DNA of 61,605 nt from Patescibacteria group bacterium (GCA_043797545.1 JAZDPN010000064.1:1-61605); one strand, 5' to 3'; positions 24,553 through 34,031 are shown, counted from the first letter of the stretch. Made by a program: numbers and translations. The notes: generated by a model not told the origin, from the letters alone.

Positions 24553-27054
24553 ATGGAGCCTCCCGACTTACTTCGCGAAGACCCGCTCTTAACTGAAATT
24601 TTGGCAAAAATCGAGAATTGCATGCGTAGCTTCGATTTCGCTGCTCATAAAAAAGAACTCGAATCACAAAAACAGGCGAGAAAACGGCAAGGATTAGTGC
24701 TTTTCCGAGAAGATGATGACATAGCTATAGATCAAGATATTGAGGACGGCAATATCGCCGGACTCTCGAGAAGAGCTTCCGAAATTCAAAAAACTCGAAC
24801 TGACGAGCGGGCTCAAGCGCAGATTTTAAATCTGTATGAATTGATCGGATTACTACATCGCGCCAAAAACAATTTTGCCGGTTTTTTAGCTGGTTTCCAA
24901 AAAACCTTGGATTTTTTCGCAAAAGACCAGCTGAATTTTTCGGAACTTAGATTAAATTTACAAATTAGGGTCATTTATGCTTTAGAACAGCTGGTGGGCT
25001 ACGCGATCACTTATTCTCACGATTTTAATGAGGCCCTTTTATTAATGGAAAGGCTTGAAGAAAAAATTGAGCAACTTGATCCAAAGCTAATCGATGTCGA
25101 TACTTTCCGAGATAATCTGCGTCTCAATAGAGCTTCGGTATATCGCCGGCTCGGCAAACACAAGAAAGCAGAAGGCTTATTGTCCGAAGATCAGCACGAA
25201 GTACACTACCCGCAAAATCTAATACATCGCTACGTATATGTTTGTGAGCTTGCCCGAGCCAAGAGAGATCGTGAACAAATAAGACTTTGCTCTGATAATT
25301 TGCTTTTATTGATCGGAGGAATTAACGGGCAAGGCAAATTCGCTAATTTTTTCCAACAGCTTTTTATAGATCTCAGCGCAGCAGAAAAAAATGAAATTAC
25401 TGTGCGTATTCAAAAAGAATATCTGCTTTGTCTGCTGGAATTAGATCAACTTCCTGAATATGAGTCTAAGAAGATATCCTGGTCGGAAAGTTGGCGAGAA
25501 AACATGGCTAGCCAACCAGCTGATTTAGCAATACTTGAAGGAGATTTACTCTTAAAAGAAGCTGGAAAGTCGGGAACGGCCGATGATTCTGCGGATAGAA
25601 AATATCAAGGAGCAATAGGGCTGTATCAGGAAAATAACTTGGATTTTTGTGCTACCGAAGCTGTCATCCGCTATCTAAATAAATTTAAAGAAAAATTTCC
25701 TAGAGAAAAGTTGGAAGAGCTTTTTCTACGCCACTGGCAAATCGTCGAAAAAAATATCGGCCAAACAGTAATGCAGGTCTTCGCAGCCGAACATCAAGAA
25801 ACTGCCAGGGTTTCCTCTGTTCTATTCGAAATTGCCGAGTTGATAAAGTTCTTATACGGCACAGAAGGCTCAAACAAAGAAAAAACCTTACAGCAAGCAT
25901 TAATCTCTCTCGGTAAGAAAAACTTAACGGCCGCGAAAGAGAAAATAATTTTGCAAAATGACGATAACCCTGAGGATCAATATCGCAAATTAAGTGAGGC
26001 TTTCGGTGCGAAGGGTCTGCTAGCAATAAGCAAAGATGAAGGCGGAATGTGGAAAAAGGAATATTCTGCGCGAGCTGAAAAAGATGATTTCGACTGGCGA
26101 TATTTACTCGACCTCCCGGAAATTCAGGCAAAAATAGCCGAGGCAGACCGGACACAAAAAATGACCGAATTAAAATTTGTATTTACAAACACAAAATGTA
26201 CTGACGCTGCGATGCATTTAGTTTTTTTGCCCAATGAACCTGGACGGATCTCAATTGTTGACCGTGGCAGCAGACTTGGATTCTCGGACGCGGAAAAGCA
26301 ATTAATGCTGCCAGAGAAATTTCCACCGAAACGCATTCAAACAGGAGTCACAACAACTGTTGATAGAGACTACCAGCAAATTCAGCGGGCGATTGCGATG
26401 TTCTACCTGGAAAGAATTCCGCGCTTCCAAATTACGGCGGCCGAAAATATCGTCTATGCCTGGACCGAAGAAGACGGCCAAAAAAAAGTTCTCGGTGGTT
26501 TGTCAGCCAATATTTTGGAAAATGAAATTAACCACGCGGCTGGCGAGCATCTCAGCTATCCGGAAATTTTTGGCGGAGAGAATTTTTGGGAGACTTTAAA
26601 AACAGAGGTCGATAAGCAACTACAAGCTGGATCGCTATCACCGATTTGGCAAGAAGCTTTTCAACAAAAAGGTGAAGTCAAACGCGAACAATGCGCCGAG
26701 ATCGGCGGACTAGCCGCACGCGATGGAACAATAGCTCCAGCGATATTCCTGCAAACAACCAAGTTCTGCTTGGAAAAGAAACGACCCTGGATGATCATGA
26801 TTCGCAATGCAAGAGTCGAGCGCCTATTTAAACTAATCGGCATCGAAGCTGTGGACTTGGGATATGCCAATATCCAAGACAAAAAAGTACGAGCGGAGCT
26901 GTGCCAATCTGGTTGGGACACAGCAGGACTCACCGCCTGGGAAGCAGATTATTTCAATCGAGAATTGAATCCGAGGATGGTCATCCTAAATACTCAGCAA
27001 GCCCAAAATGCAATCTTGGCTTTCTTCCAAAAGAGGAATCGACCGCTAAAATAA
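24553..27054 (+). CDS. large hypothetical protein (833 aa): helical-repeat N-terminal region plus C-terminal GNAT/N-acyltransferase-like domain
   Basis: AT-rich ATG ORF. The first ~600 aa are helical/TPR-like with no motif I recognise. The last ~228 aa (nt 26368-27051) carry EIGGLAARDG...(25 aa)...WMIMIRNARVERLFKLIGIE...WEADYF...NPRMV. From memory this resembles the thermostable-hemolysin / N-acyl amino acid synthase branch of GNAT-fold enzymes. Confidence 0.75.
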   Translation: MEPPDLLREDPLLTEILAKIENCMRSFDFAAHKKELESQKQARKRQGLVLFREDDDIAIDQDIEDGNIAGLSRRASEIQKTRTDERAQAQILNLYELIGLLHRAKNNFAGFLAGFQKTLDFFAKDQLNFSELRLNLQIRVIYALEQLVGYAITYSHDFNEALLLMERLEEKIEQLDPKLIDVDTFRDNLRLNRASVYRRLGKHKKAEGLLSEDQHEVHYPQNLIHRYVYVCELARAKRDREQIRLCSDNLLLLIGGINGQGKFANFFQQLFIDLSAAEKNEITVRIQKEYLLCLLELDQLPEYESKKISWSESWRENMASQPADLAILEGDLLLKEAGKSGTADDSADRKYQGAIGLYQENNLDFCATEAVIRYLNKFKEKFPREKLEELFLRHWQIVEKNIGQTVMQVFAAEHQETARVSSVLFEIAELIKFLYGTEGSNKEKTLQQALISLGKKNLTAAKEKIILQNDDNPEDQYRKLSEAFGAKGLLAISKDEGGMWKKEYSARAEKDDFDWRYLLDLPEIQAKIAEADRTQKMTELKFVFTNTKCTDAAMHLVFLPNEPGRISIVDRGSRLGFSDAEKQLMLPEKFPPKRIQTGVTTTVDRDYQQIQRAIAMFYLERIPRFQITAAENIVYAWTEEDGQKKVLGGLSANILENEINHAAGEHLSYPEIFGGENFWETLKTEVDKQLQAGSLSPIWQEAFQQKGEVKREQCAEIGGLAARDGTIAPAIFLQTTKFCLEKKRPWMIMIRNARVERLFKLIGIEAVDLGYANIQDKKVRAELCQSGWDTAGLTAWEADYFNRELNPRMVILNTQQAQNAILAFFQKRNRPLK

Positions 27055-27058
27055 ACAA

Positions 27059-29164
27059 GTGCAAATAATAGTGTTTCTGCTCGCGCTCACGATCCTCTTC
27101 AATATTGTTGTTGCCATCACAGCTTTTTTAAAAACCAAGCGCAAGGACGCGGTAGTCTTTTTCGCGATTTATCTCTTGGGAGATATTCTCTGGACTGCAG
27201 GAATTCTCTATGCGATTTTGCACGCGCGCGAAACAGTTTTCCTCCCAGGCAGCACGGTCTTCGAAGTAATGAAATTGGTTTTTCTGGCGCCGCTTATTCT
27301 GTTAGTCGCACAAAATCTTTTTATCCAAACTTTACTTGGCGGCGTCAAACTGATGAAGACGAAGTTCAACTACTTTATTTTGGCTCTGACCATCATCACA
27401 GCCAGCATAATTCTTTTTGACAACACTCTGTTCTCAAGCGTGAAGGTTTATTTTGAGGGCTACATTGAGGTCGCGCGTGGCTTCATGAAAATTCCCTATT
27501 CACTTTTAGTCGTTTTTTACTACTTCTACCCGTTTTTTATTGTTAAAAAAAATCTAAAAAAACTGGATGACGAATTAAGTAAAAAACGAATCCGTCTTCT
27601 GCTTTGGACACACGGAATCGTGTATGGCAGCGGCATGATCACAAACATGATCCTTTCGGCTTTTCTCGGTATGCCGCAGCTAACCGGTATTGGCCCGATT
27701 TTTTCGCTAATCACGGCCGCGTTCTTTGTCTATGCGGTAACACGTTATCGCTTTCTCGACATCAAGTTCGTCATTTCCAAGACGGTCAAGATCGCCATCG
27801 CGTTGCTTTCGGCTTTCGGCACAGCCTACCTGCTGCCCAGATTTCTAGGAATTTTTTTGACAGGAAAATATATTACATATCTCAACCCCTTCAGTTTAAT
27901 CGCGGCATTGGCGGTTTACCTGTCTAGCATCCGGTTTTTTAATTCGGATAAATTTCACCGCTTTTTTGGTATTTCCAACGTGGAATATTTCCGAGCTACC
28001 ATCAAAGAATTTCGAAATAAAAACATTATCTACACAAATGTGCACGAACTCAGAAAGGATTTGCACGAAATTTTTTCTGTAAAATTAAGAGTCGATTTTG
28101 TCGATGTCCTCCTCTGGGATGATGAAAGCCGCAAAAAATTTCCACGTCTTTTAAAATTCGTTTCGCAGAGCAGCGAAACTTTAGTCTTGAAAGAACTGCT
28201 ATTTCTGAGCCAGAATAATCCCATTAAAAAAATGCTAGCCCAAGAAATTGAGAAATTGGGCGAAGTCATCGTCCCGCTTTTTCAGCCTTCTCGTGAACCA
28301 ATCGGCCTATTACTGCTCGGCAAAAAAGTTTTCGGGGATCCCTACTATGTCGGAGAAATCGAGGCGTTGCAGCGCGCCCAGTCACATCTCAGTCTGCGTT
28401 TGACCGGTGCAATTTTCAACTCGCAGCTCAAAAAAGAAGTACGCCGTAAAACCGAAAGCCTCAAAAAACAAAATGAGCGCATCCGTGAATTAATGCGCCA
28501 ACAAGCTGATTTTATCGCGGTCTCGGCGCACGAGCTTCGTACGCCGCTCTCTATCGCGATTTTACAAACCGAAATGCTCGAGGCTAGCTTGGCCAATTCT
28601 GACAAAGAGGATGATGCCAGGAACGCAAGCGAGGCTCTGCACAAATTGCAGGACTTGGTTCAAAAACTTTTTACAGTTCAAAAATTTGATATTAAAAAAG
28701 TTGACTTGAGCCTACGAAAAATCCGGCTAAGCGATTTTCTGGCTAAAATTTTCCGAGACTTTGAGGCCGTCATGCGAGAAAAGGCGATCGATTTTCGGCT
28801 CGAAAATAAGTTGAATCTTAATTTCACAGTCGCGCTTGATCCGCTCCAAATCCGACAGGTCTTACAAAATGTTTTATCCAATGCCGTGAAATTCACTCCT
28901 CGCAATGGTCGAGTCGTTTTACGGGCCGAGCAGCATGGTGAAAATGTTTTACTCGCAATTCGCAATTCGGGCAGCCTGATTCCTGATCAGGACAAAAAAG
29001 CGATCTTCGAAAAATTTCGCAGCTTGCGCAATTCCAAAAGCAAAGGTCTCGGACTCGGACTCTACTTGGCCAAAAAAATTATCGAGCTGCACCGAGGCAA
29101 AATCTGGGTCGAAGATGTCGATCGCGAAACCGAATTTCGGATTCAACTTCCCAGCAACGTCTGA
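27059..29164 (+). CDS. sensor histidine kinase with ~8-9 TM N-terminal sensor domain
   Basis: About 290 aa of closely spaced TM helices, a cytoplasmic linker/GAF-like region, H-box FIAVSAHELRTPLS, N-box LSNAVKFTP and G-box GLGLGLYLAKKIIELHRG. GTG start 4 nt after the upstream stop. Confidence 0.9.
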   Translation: MQIIVFLLALTILFNIVVAITAFLKTKRKDAVVFFAIYLLGDILWTAGILYAILHARETVFLPGSTVFEVMKLVFLAPLILLVAQNLFIQTLLGGVKLMKTKFNYFILALTIITASIILFDNTLFSSVKVYFEGYIEVARGFMKIPYSLLVVFYYFYPFFIVKKNLKKLDDELSKKRIRLLLWTHGIVYGSGMITNMILSAFLGMPQLTGIGPIFSLITAAFFVYAVTRYRFLDIKFVISKTVKIAIALLSAFGTAYLLPRFLGIFLTGKYITYLNPFSLIAALAVYLSSIRFFNSDKFHRFFGISNVEYFRATIKEFRNKNIIYTNVHELRKDLHEIFSVKLRVDFVDVLLWDDESRKKFPRLLKFVSQSSETLVLKELLFLSQNNPIKKMLAQEIEKLGEVIVPLFQPSREPIGLLLLGKKVFGDPYYVGEIEALQRAQSHLSLRLTGAIFNSQLKKEVRRKTESLKKQNERIRELMRQQADFIAVSAHELRTPLSIAILQTEMLEASLANSDKEDDARNASEALHKLQDLVQKLFTVQKFDIKKVDLSLRKIRLSDFLAKIFRDFEAVMREKAIDFRLENKLNLNFTVALDPLQIRQVLQNVLSNAVKFTPRNGRVVLRAEQHGENVLLAIRNSGSLIPDQDKKAIFEKFRSLRNSKSKGLGLGLYLAKKIIELHRGKIWVEDVDRETEFRIQLPSNV

Positions 29165-29499
29165 ACCCGCTCAAGTAAATTTTTGAGAGAGAGATCGACC
29201 TTGACCCAGTAATCATCCGCGCCAGCCGCCAGCGCGCGATCACGCAGCTCAAAAGGGCTGTAATTGGAAAAAACTACAATCTTGGCCTCAGGAAAGCGCT
29301 TTTTAGTTTGAGGGATCAATTCAATCCCGTCCAACTCTTCATCTGGTAAACCATGGTCCAATAGAATCAGATCCGGGCTGAAATCCCTGACTGAAGAAAT
29401 CGTCGGCGAGAGTCGTGCCTCAAATCCCGATCGCTCAAGATGCCCGCGATAAATTTTGCCAAGCTTTTCTTCATCCTCAACAATTAGGATTTTTTGCAT
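29143..29499 (-). CDS. single-domain response regulator (receiver only)
   Basis: MQKILIVEDEE, LILLDHGLPD (phospho-Asp), VVFSNY and a conserved Lys region. Start moved to ATG M7. Its 3' end overlaps the kinase 3' end by 22 nt, convergently. Confidence 0.85.
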   Translation of the reverse strand: MQKILIVEDEEKLGKIYRGHLERSGFEARLSPTISSVRDFSPDLILLDHGLPDEELDGIELIPQTKKRFPEAKIVVFSNYSPFELRDRALAAGADDYWVKVDLSLKNLLERVQTLLGS

Positions 29500-29506
29500 C
29501 GTGCTG

Positions 29507-29512
29507 ATTTTA
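29507..29512 (-). promoter_or_regulatory. -10 hexamer TAAAAT 7 nt before the receiver ATG (leaderless geometry)
   Basis: Minus strand reads TGTTTAAAAT-CAGCACG-ATG. Confidence 0.45.
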
Positions 29513-29514
29513 AA

Positions 29515-29542
29515 CAAAACAAGCCGTTTTTTTTCCTGGCTT
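29515..29542 (-). terminator. weak intrinsic terminator after metF
   Basis: AAGCC/GGCTT stem (5-6 bp, A-rich loop) followed by GTTTTGTTT on the minus strand. Confidence 0.3.
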
Positions 29543-29555
29543 CACTGTGATTTAA

Positions 29556-30368
29556 TTATTTTTTAAGAAAGTCGAAAATCTTATTGGCACTTTCGGTCCG
29601 ACCGAGCGGCATGATATGCACTCCAGCTAGACGATCTCGCAGCTTTGTCAGAAGCTCAATCGCCAAATCAGCACCGCAATTTTCATCCTTTTCTAGGCGT
29701 GCCAAAACGGATTTGGGAATCGAGACACCGTGCACTTTCGAATTGAAATACTCCGCAACCTTCAAGCTCTTGAGCGGCATGATGCCAAGCAGGACCGGAA
29801 TTTTGATACCGGCTTTCTGAACTGCCGTGAGAAATTTTTCAGCCGTTGCGACATCGAAAACTGGTTGCGTTTGGACGAATTGCGCGCCGGCCGCTTCCTT
29901 TTCTTTCAAATATTCGATCTGTCCTGCGACATTCGGATTAGCGGCGACTGCTATTTTCAAGTCAGTTGGCGATTTAGTCGGCTTACCGAGAAATTCACCC
30001 TGATTCAAATCGCGAATCAAACTGACCAAACCAGGCGCACGAATTTCGAAAACATTTTTTGCGCCAGCATCGCCTGAGAGCGCGAGAATTCCCGTCAAAC
30101 CAAGATTGCCAGCCGCCAAAATTTTTTGGGCCAAGCCGAGCCGGGTCGAGTCGCGGCAAGTCAAATGCGCGATGGCTGGAGTCTGGGTCGCCTCTTGAAC
30201 TCGGAAAGCCAAAGTAATCGGATCGATTGTCAATCGGCCCAAAATTCCATCTGGGATATTGAAAGCATCCGCCCGCAAACTTTTAGCCTCTTCAGTGACT
30301 TTCGTAAGATCGGTTCCCGCCAAAGAACTTAGCTCAACCGTAACCGGAAAATTCCTTAAATCCAGCAT
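29556..30368 (-). CDS. metF: methylenetetrahydrofolate reductase
   Basis: 270 aa. Contains AIAHLTCRDS and a TIM-barrel MTHFR pattern (IPVLLGIMPL, FVQTQPVFD). Confidence 0.85.
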   Translation of the reverse strand: MLDLRNFPVTVELSSLAGTDLTKVTEEAKSLRADAFNIPDGILGRLTIDPITLAFRVQEATQTPAIAHLTCRDSTRLGLAQKILAAGNLGLTGILALSGDAGAKNVFEIRAPGLVSLIRDLNQGEFLGKPTKSPTDLKIAVAANPNVAGQIEYLKEKEAAGAQFVQTQPVFDVATAEKFLTAVQKAGIKIPVLLGIMPLKSLKVAEYFNSKVHGVSIPKSVLARLEKDENCGADLAIELLTKLRDRLAGVHIMPLGRTESANKIFDFLKK

Positions 30369-30375
30369 TTTCTTA

Positions 30376-30384
30376 ATTTTAGCA
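30376..30384 (-). promoter_or_regulatory. extended -10 (TGCTAAAAT) 7 nt before the metF ATG (leaderless geometry)
   Basis: Minus strand reads TTTGCTAAAAT-TAAGAAA-ATG. Confidence 0.55.
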
Positions 30385-30419
30385 AATTAATTTGTGCTTC
30401 ATGCTCAATGTTCCATGTT

Positions 30420-31502
30420 TCATGTTCTGACCCAATGCATACCGCCCAAATTTTTGGCTAAGCCTTTCATCTCGAGCAAACTCAAAATTGCAGCTGCTTG
30501 ACTAGCGGCCAGTCCAGTTTCGCGCGAAATCTCATCAGCGTGTTGCGCCGTCTTTTGCAGGATTTGAAGAATCTGGGTTTCTTCAGCCGAATTGGCGATC
30601 GCCTCACGAACTTTGATTTTTTCCGGCAAATCGCACAACTCCAGAGAATCCAAAACATCAACCGCCGCGACGATCGGCTTGGCGCCTTGTTGGATCAAAC
30701 GAATCGGGCCGACCGAATTTTCGGAAAAAATCGAGCCCGGCACAGCAAAAACTTCCCGACCAAATTCATTGGCCAGTGAAGCGGTAATCAGACTGCCTGA
30801 CTTTTCACGACCCTCAGAAACTACAACTCCCCGCACGAGTCCAGCAATAATCCGATTGCGGAGCGGAAAATTATAGGCATTGGGCGGCGTCCCAATCGGA
30901 AATTCAGAAATAATCGCCCCGCCTTTGGACAAAATTTCTTCTCCCAGGCTTCTATTTCTGGGAGGATAAATCGAGTCAATTCCGTTGCCGAGCACTGCAA
31001 CCGTCCGGCCACCGACCTCGAGCGCGGCCTGGTGGGCAATCGCATCCGCCCCGAGCGCTAAACCGGAAATAATCGAAATACCGGCTATCGCCAAATCACG
31101 GGAAATCGCATGAGTCGCCTGGCGCCCGTAATAAGTCAAGATTCTCGAGCCGACCACCGCAATCGCGAAATCATCAGCCGGAATCGGAAACTCACCGCGC
31201 ACCAGCAAAACCGGAGGCGGATCGTAAATCGTTTTTAAAAGTTTAGGATAATTTTCAGAGCTAATCGGTAAAACCTTGGCGCCGATTTTTTGCAGCTTGG
31301 CGAAAACCTGATCCGGATCAATTTTTTCCTTTTCAGCCCAAATCTCAGTAACCGCTTTGAATTCTATCCCCGCTTCCTGCCAATCGTGGCGCGACGCTTT
31401 CCAAATCTTTTCGGCATCGTTTTGAAAAAACTGCAAAAGCCGACCGAAGCGTAAAGCAGTCAGTTTTTCGAGCGAATTCAGCGCAGCGAAATACTTCTCC
31501 AT
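30420..31502 (-). CDS. dprA: DNA-processing protein DprA
   Basis: Rossmann-like DprA core (VVGSR..T.YG, ISGLALGADAIAHQAAL, AVLGNGID.IYP, FPLRNRIIAGL) plus a C-terminal winged-helix-like tail. Confidence 0.92.
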   Translation of the reverse strand: MEKYFAALNSLEKLTALRFGRLLQFFQNDAEKIWKASRHDWQEAGIEFKAVTEIWAEKEKIDPDQVFAKLQKIGAKVLPISSENYPKLLKTIYDPPPVLLVRGEFPIPADDFAIAVVGSRILTYYGRQATHAISRDLAIAGISIISGLALGADAIAHQAALEVGGRTVAVLGNGIDSIYPPRNRSLGEEILSKGGAIISEFPIGTPPNAYNFPLRNRIIAGLVRGVVVSEGREKSGSLITASLANEFGREVFAVPGSIFSENSVGPIRLIQQGAKPIVAAVDVLDSLELCDLPEKIKVREAIANSAEETQILQILQKTAQHADEISRETGLAASQAAAILSLLEMKGLAKNLGGMHWVRT

Positions 31503-31516
31503 TTTGCCATTTCAGC

Positions 31517-32056
31517 TTACCAAAAAGTTTTTTTGAGGCCGAGGAAATAAGCCGACAAATTGACCAAAGGATTCGCGATCGAAGCAAAAAGCAGTAAAAA
31601 TAGACTCGCGCGCCATTCCCAATTAATTAAAAAATTGGTAAAAACTAAAAATCCCAAAATGTAATCAATCTGGTCAAGCGGTAAGAATGGTCGTCCGGGA
31701 GCAATACGCCAAAGCCTTTTGAGAAAACTGCCCGCCAAATCTCCGACCAAAGCACCCAGTCCGGCCAGCGCGCCGAAAAGCAAAAATTGCCCAAGATGCT
31801 CCAAGAGACCAGTCGAGTAGATTTGGTACTTTTGAAAACAAAACTGGAGCGCGCCAATTAGCGCGCCACCAAGCGTCCCGGCCAATAGGCCGCGCCAAGA
31901 CTTGTTTTGGCCGAAAATCTCGCGACCCAGAAATTTTTTACCGCAATCAACTGGCCGCGCCAAAACCGGGCAAAAATTAATTTTCGTCGCCAAGACTGGC
32001 AACATATTGGCCACAAAAGCCGGGAGTGCGAGATACAAAATCGCAAAATAGCTCAT
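31517..32056 (-). CDS. CarS-like (CDP-archaeol synthase family, DUF46) integral membrane cytidylyltransferase
   Basis: 179 aa. LPAFVANMLPV, GQNKSWRGLLAG, GDLAGSFLKR and GRPFLPLDQIDYILG match my recollection of the CarS family blocks. Confidence 0.75.
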   Translation of the reverse strand: MSYFAILYLALPAFVANMLPVLATKINFCPVLARPVDCGKKFLGREIFGQNKSWRGLLAGTLGGALIGALQFCFQKYQIYSTGLLEHLGQFLLFGALAGLGALVGDLAGSFLKRLWRIAPGRPFLPLDQIDYILGFLVFTNFLINWEWRASLFLLLFASIANPLVNLSAYFLGLKKTFW

Positions 32057-33009
32057 TTTTCAGATATTTTAAACCAATCGCGTAAACTTTTTTCGAGTGA
32101 AAATTGCGGTCGGAAGCCGAGTTCGCGGGAAATTTTTTTGGAATCGAAAACTCTTTTTTGGAAACCGAGAAAAATATTCTCGGCTGGAATCGGCGCGCCG
32201 AAAAATTCGGCGATGCGCGCGCAGCCGCTCGCCAGAGAACAGAGGTTTTGCGGCAAAATTCGAATCACAGTTCTTTGGCCCAGCACTCGCGCTGCTGTCC
32301 CGAAAAGTTTTTGAGAGGAAATATTTTCACCGAGCGCAATGAAATTTTCTTTCGGTTTGGCTTTGACCAAAACCAACCGAATCGCGGTCGCGAGATCACG
32401 CACATCGATAAAAGCATTGGCGCCATCGGGAACGAAAATCCGTTTTTTATTTTTCACGAAATCGAAAATCCGCACGGCGGAAGTCGGGTCGCCCGGGCCG
32501 AGCACGAGCGGCGGAAAGACTATATTTGTAGGGATTTTCGCCGAATCGATTTGGAAATTGGGAAAAAATTTGGAATGCGAGTAAGTCAGGTTTTGAAACT
32601 TTTCCCAAGCAAATTCGGTCGTCTCGGAAATTTTTTTCTGGCCGAAACCGAGCGCAGCGCTGGATGAAATTTGAACCAAGCGCGCGACTTTTTTTTGCTC
32701 GCAAACGCGCAAAAGATTGAGTGAACCGAGCGCGTTGATCTCGAAAACTTTACTGCGATCTTTGCGCAAAAAAGAAACCAATCCGGCCAAATTCACGACC
32801 CAATCGCGCGCGCGAATAATTTTGGCAAACGATTGCGGACGAGTCAGATCGACCCGCGAGAAATATTGAACGCCCGGAATTTTATTTTTCGGCGCGGAAC
32901 GATTCAAGGAAATAATTTGTTTAAAACCGCTTTTTTTTAAGGCTGCAATCAATTCACGTCCGACAAAACCATTGCCGCCAAACACGAGAAGTCGATCGGT
33001 TTTTTTCAC
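32053..33009 (-). CDS. NAD-dependent epimerase/dehydratase (extended SDR)
   Basis: LLVFGGNGFVGRELI Rossmann motif and a YxxxK region (YSHSK). GTG start at V22 of the ORF overlaps the pgpA stop (GTGA). Confidence 0.8.
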   Translation of the reverse strand: MKKTDRLLVFGGNGFVGRELIAALKKSGFKQIISLNRSAPKNKIPGVQYFSRVDLTRPQSFAKIIRARDWVVNLAGLVSFLRKDRSKVFEINALGSLNLLRVCEQKKVARLVQISSSAALGFGQKKISETTEFAWEKFQNLTYSHSKFFPNFQIDSAKIPTNIVFPPLVLGPGDPTSAVRIFDFVKNKKRIFVPDGANAFIDVRDLATAIRLVLVKAKPKENFIALGENISSQKLFGTAARVLGQRTVIRILPQNLCSLASGCARIAEFFGAPIPAENIFLGFQKRVFDSKKISRELGFRPQFSLEKSLRDWFKISEK

Positions 33010-33482
33010 ACAAAATAAATTAAAACCAAAACTCCGAGCGCGGCGTACAGTCCGGCGACGAGATCGTCCCAAAAAACCGAAGCGGGCGTTTTGCGAGCAT
33101 CGATTTTGCGGATTCCCCAGATTTTGGAAATATCAAAAAGACGAAAAAGTAAAAAGGCCGCGCCGATCAAGAGCCAATTTTTAGGAAAAAAGAAAAGTGG
33201 AAAACAGGCGACCAGCATCCCGGCGAACTCATCCAAAACTATCCAGCTCGAATCAGGATCTTTCTTAGGAGCAAAATTTTTGGTTGCCGCGATCCCCGAC
33301 CAGCAAACCAAAAGCAGCAAAACGATCCAAAAAGTGATTTGCGTCGGGAACGAAAATTTTTGAAAAAGGAGGTCGAAGCCGAACAAAATCGGCAAAGCGA
33401 GCAGCGATCCGGCCGTGCCCGGAGCGATCGGCACGAAGCCGATGCCAAAAAGCGAAAGCCAAAATCGAGCCAAGGATTTCAT
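33006..33482 (-). CDS. pgpA: phosphatidylglycerophosphatase A
   Basis: FGIGFVPIAPGTAGSLLALP, DEFAGMLVA and RLFDISKIWGIRKID are typical of PgpA. Confidence 0.88.
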   Translation of the reverse strand: MKSLARFWLSLFGIGFVPIAPGTAGSLLALPILFGFDLLFQKFSFPTQITFWIVLLLLVCWSGIAATKNFAPKKDPDSSWIVLDEFAGMLVACFPLFFFPKNWLLIGAAFLLFRLFDISKIWGIRKIDARKTPASVFWDDLVAGLYAALGVLVLIYFV

Positions 33483-34015
33483 TTGCGAAAAAAATTTTTG
33501 AGATAAATCGCGCCCGAAAAATACGCGGACAAAACAGCAAATGCAGCCGAAACCTCAGCGAGTCGGGTGAATAAATTTTGCGCGGGGAAAATGAGTGCAA
33601 GGAGCACGAAATTGAGCATCAAAACCTGAAAAACCATTTTCAATTTTCCCGAAAAAAGCGGCGCAATCGGCCGATTTTGCGAGAGCGAAAAATTTTTCAC
33701 TCCGTCGATCACGAGCTCGCGAATCAAAAGTAAAACGAAAACCCAAACCGGCAAAATGCCGGTCGGCGCGAGCAAAAGATACAAAGTCAGCGTGAGAATT
33801 TTGTCGAAAAGAGAGTCAAAAACCTTGCCAAATTTCGACTCGACTTTCCATTTTCTAGCTAAAAATCCGTCGAAAAAATCTGTCAACGACGCGAACCAAA
33901 ACAACGCGAAAATTATTTCGAATTGAAACGGAATCGCGACGAAAAATAAAACCACGATCGCGAGCGTCGCGAGAAAACGCGCGACAGTGAGAATATTTGG
34001 AAGATTTTTTTTCAC
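33479..34015 (-). CDS. pgsA: CDP-alcohol phosphatidyltransferase (phosphatidylglycerophosphate synthase-like)
   Basis: NLPNILTVARF ... DFFDGFLARKWKVESKFGKVFDSLFDKI contains the D(x)2DG(x)2AR...G(x)3D(x)3D motif. GTG start at V63 of the ORF is supported by a -10 element 7 nt upstream. Confidence 0.88.
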   Translation of the reverse strand: MKKNLPNILTVARFLATLAIVVLFFVAIPFQFEIIFALFWFASLTDFFDGFLARKWKVESKFGKVFDSLFDKILTLTLYLLLAPTGILPVWVFVLLLIRELVIDGVKNFSLSQNRPIAPLFSGKLKMVFQVLMLNFVLLALIFPAQNLFTRLAEVSAAFAVLSAYFSGAIYLKNFFRK

Positions 34016-34022
34016 GCGTTGG

Positions 34023-34031
34023 ATTTTAGAC
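34023..34031 (-). promoter_or_regulatory. -10 element (GTCTAAAAT) 7 nt before the pgsA GTG (leaderless geometry)
   Basis: Minus strand reads CGTCTAAAAT-CCAACGC-GTG. Heads the pgsA-pgpA-epimerase-CarS-like-dprA string. Confidence 0.5.
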
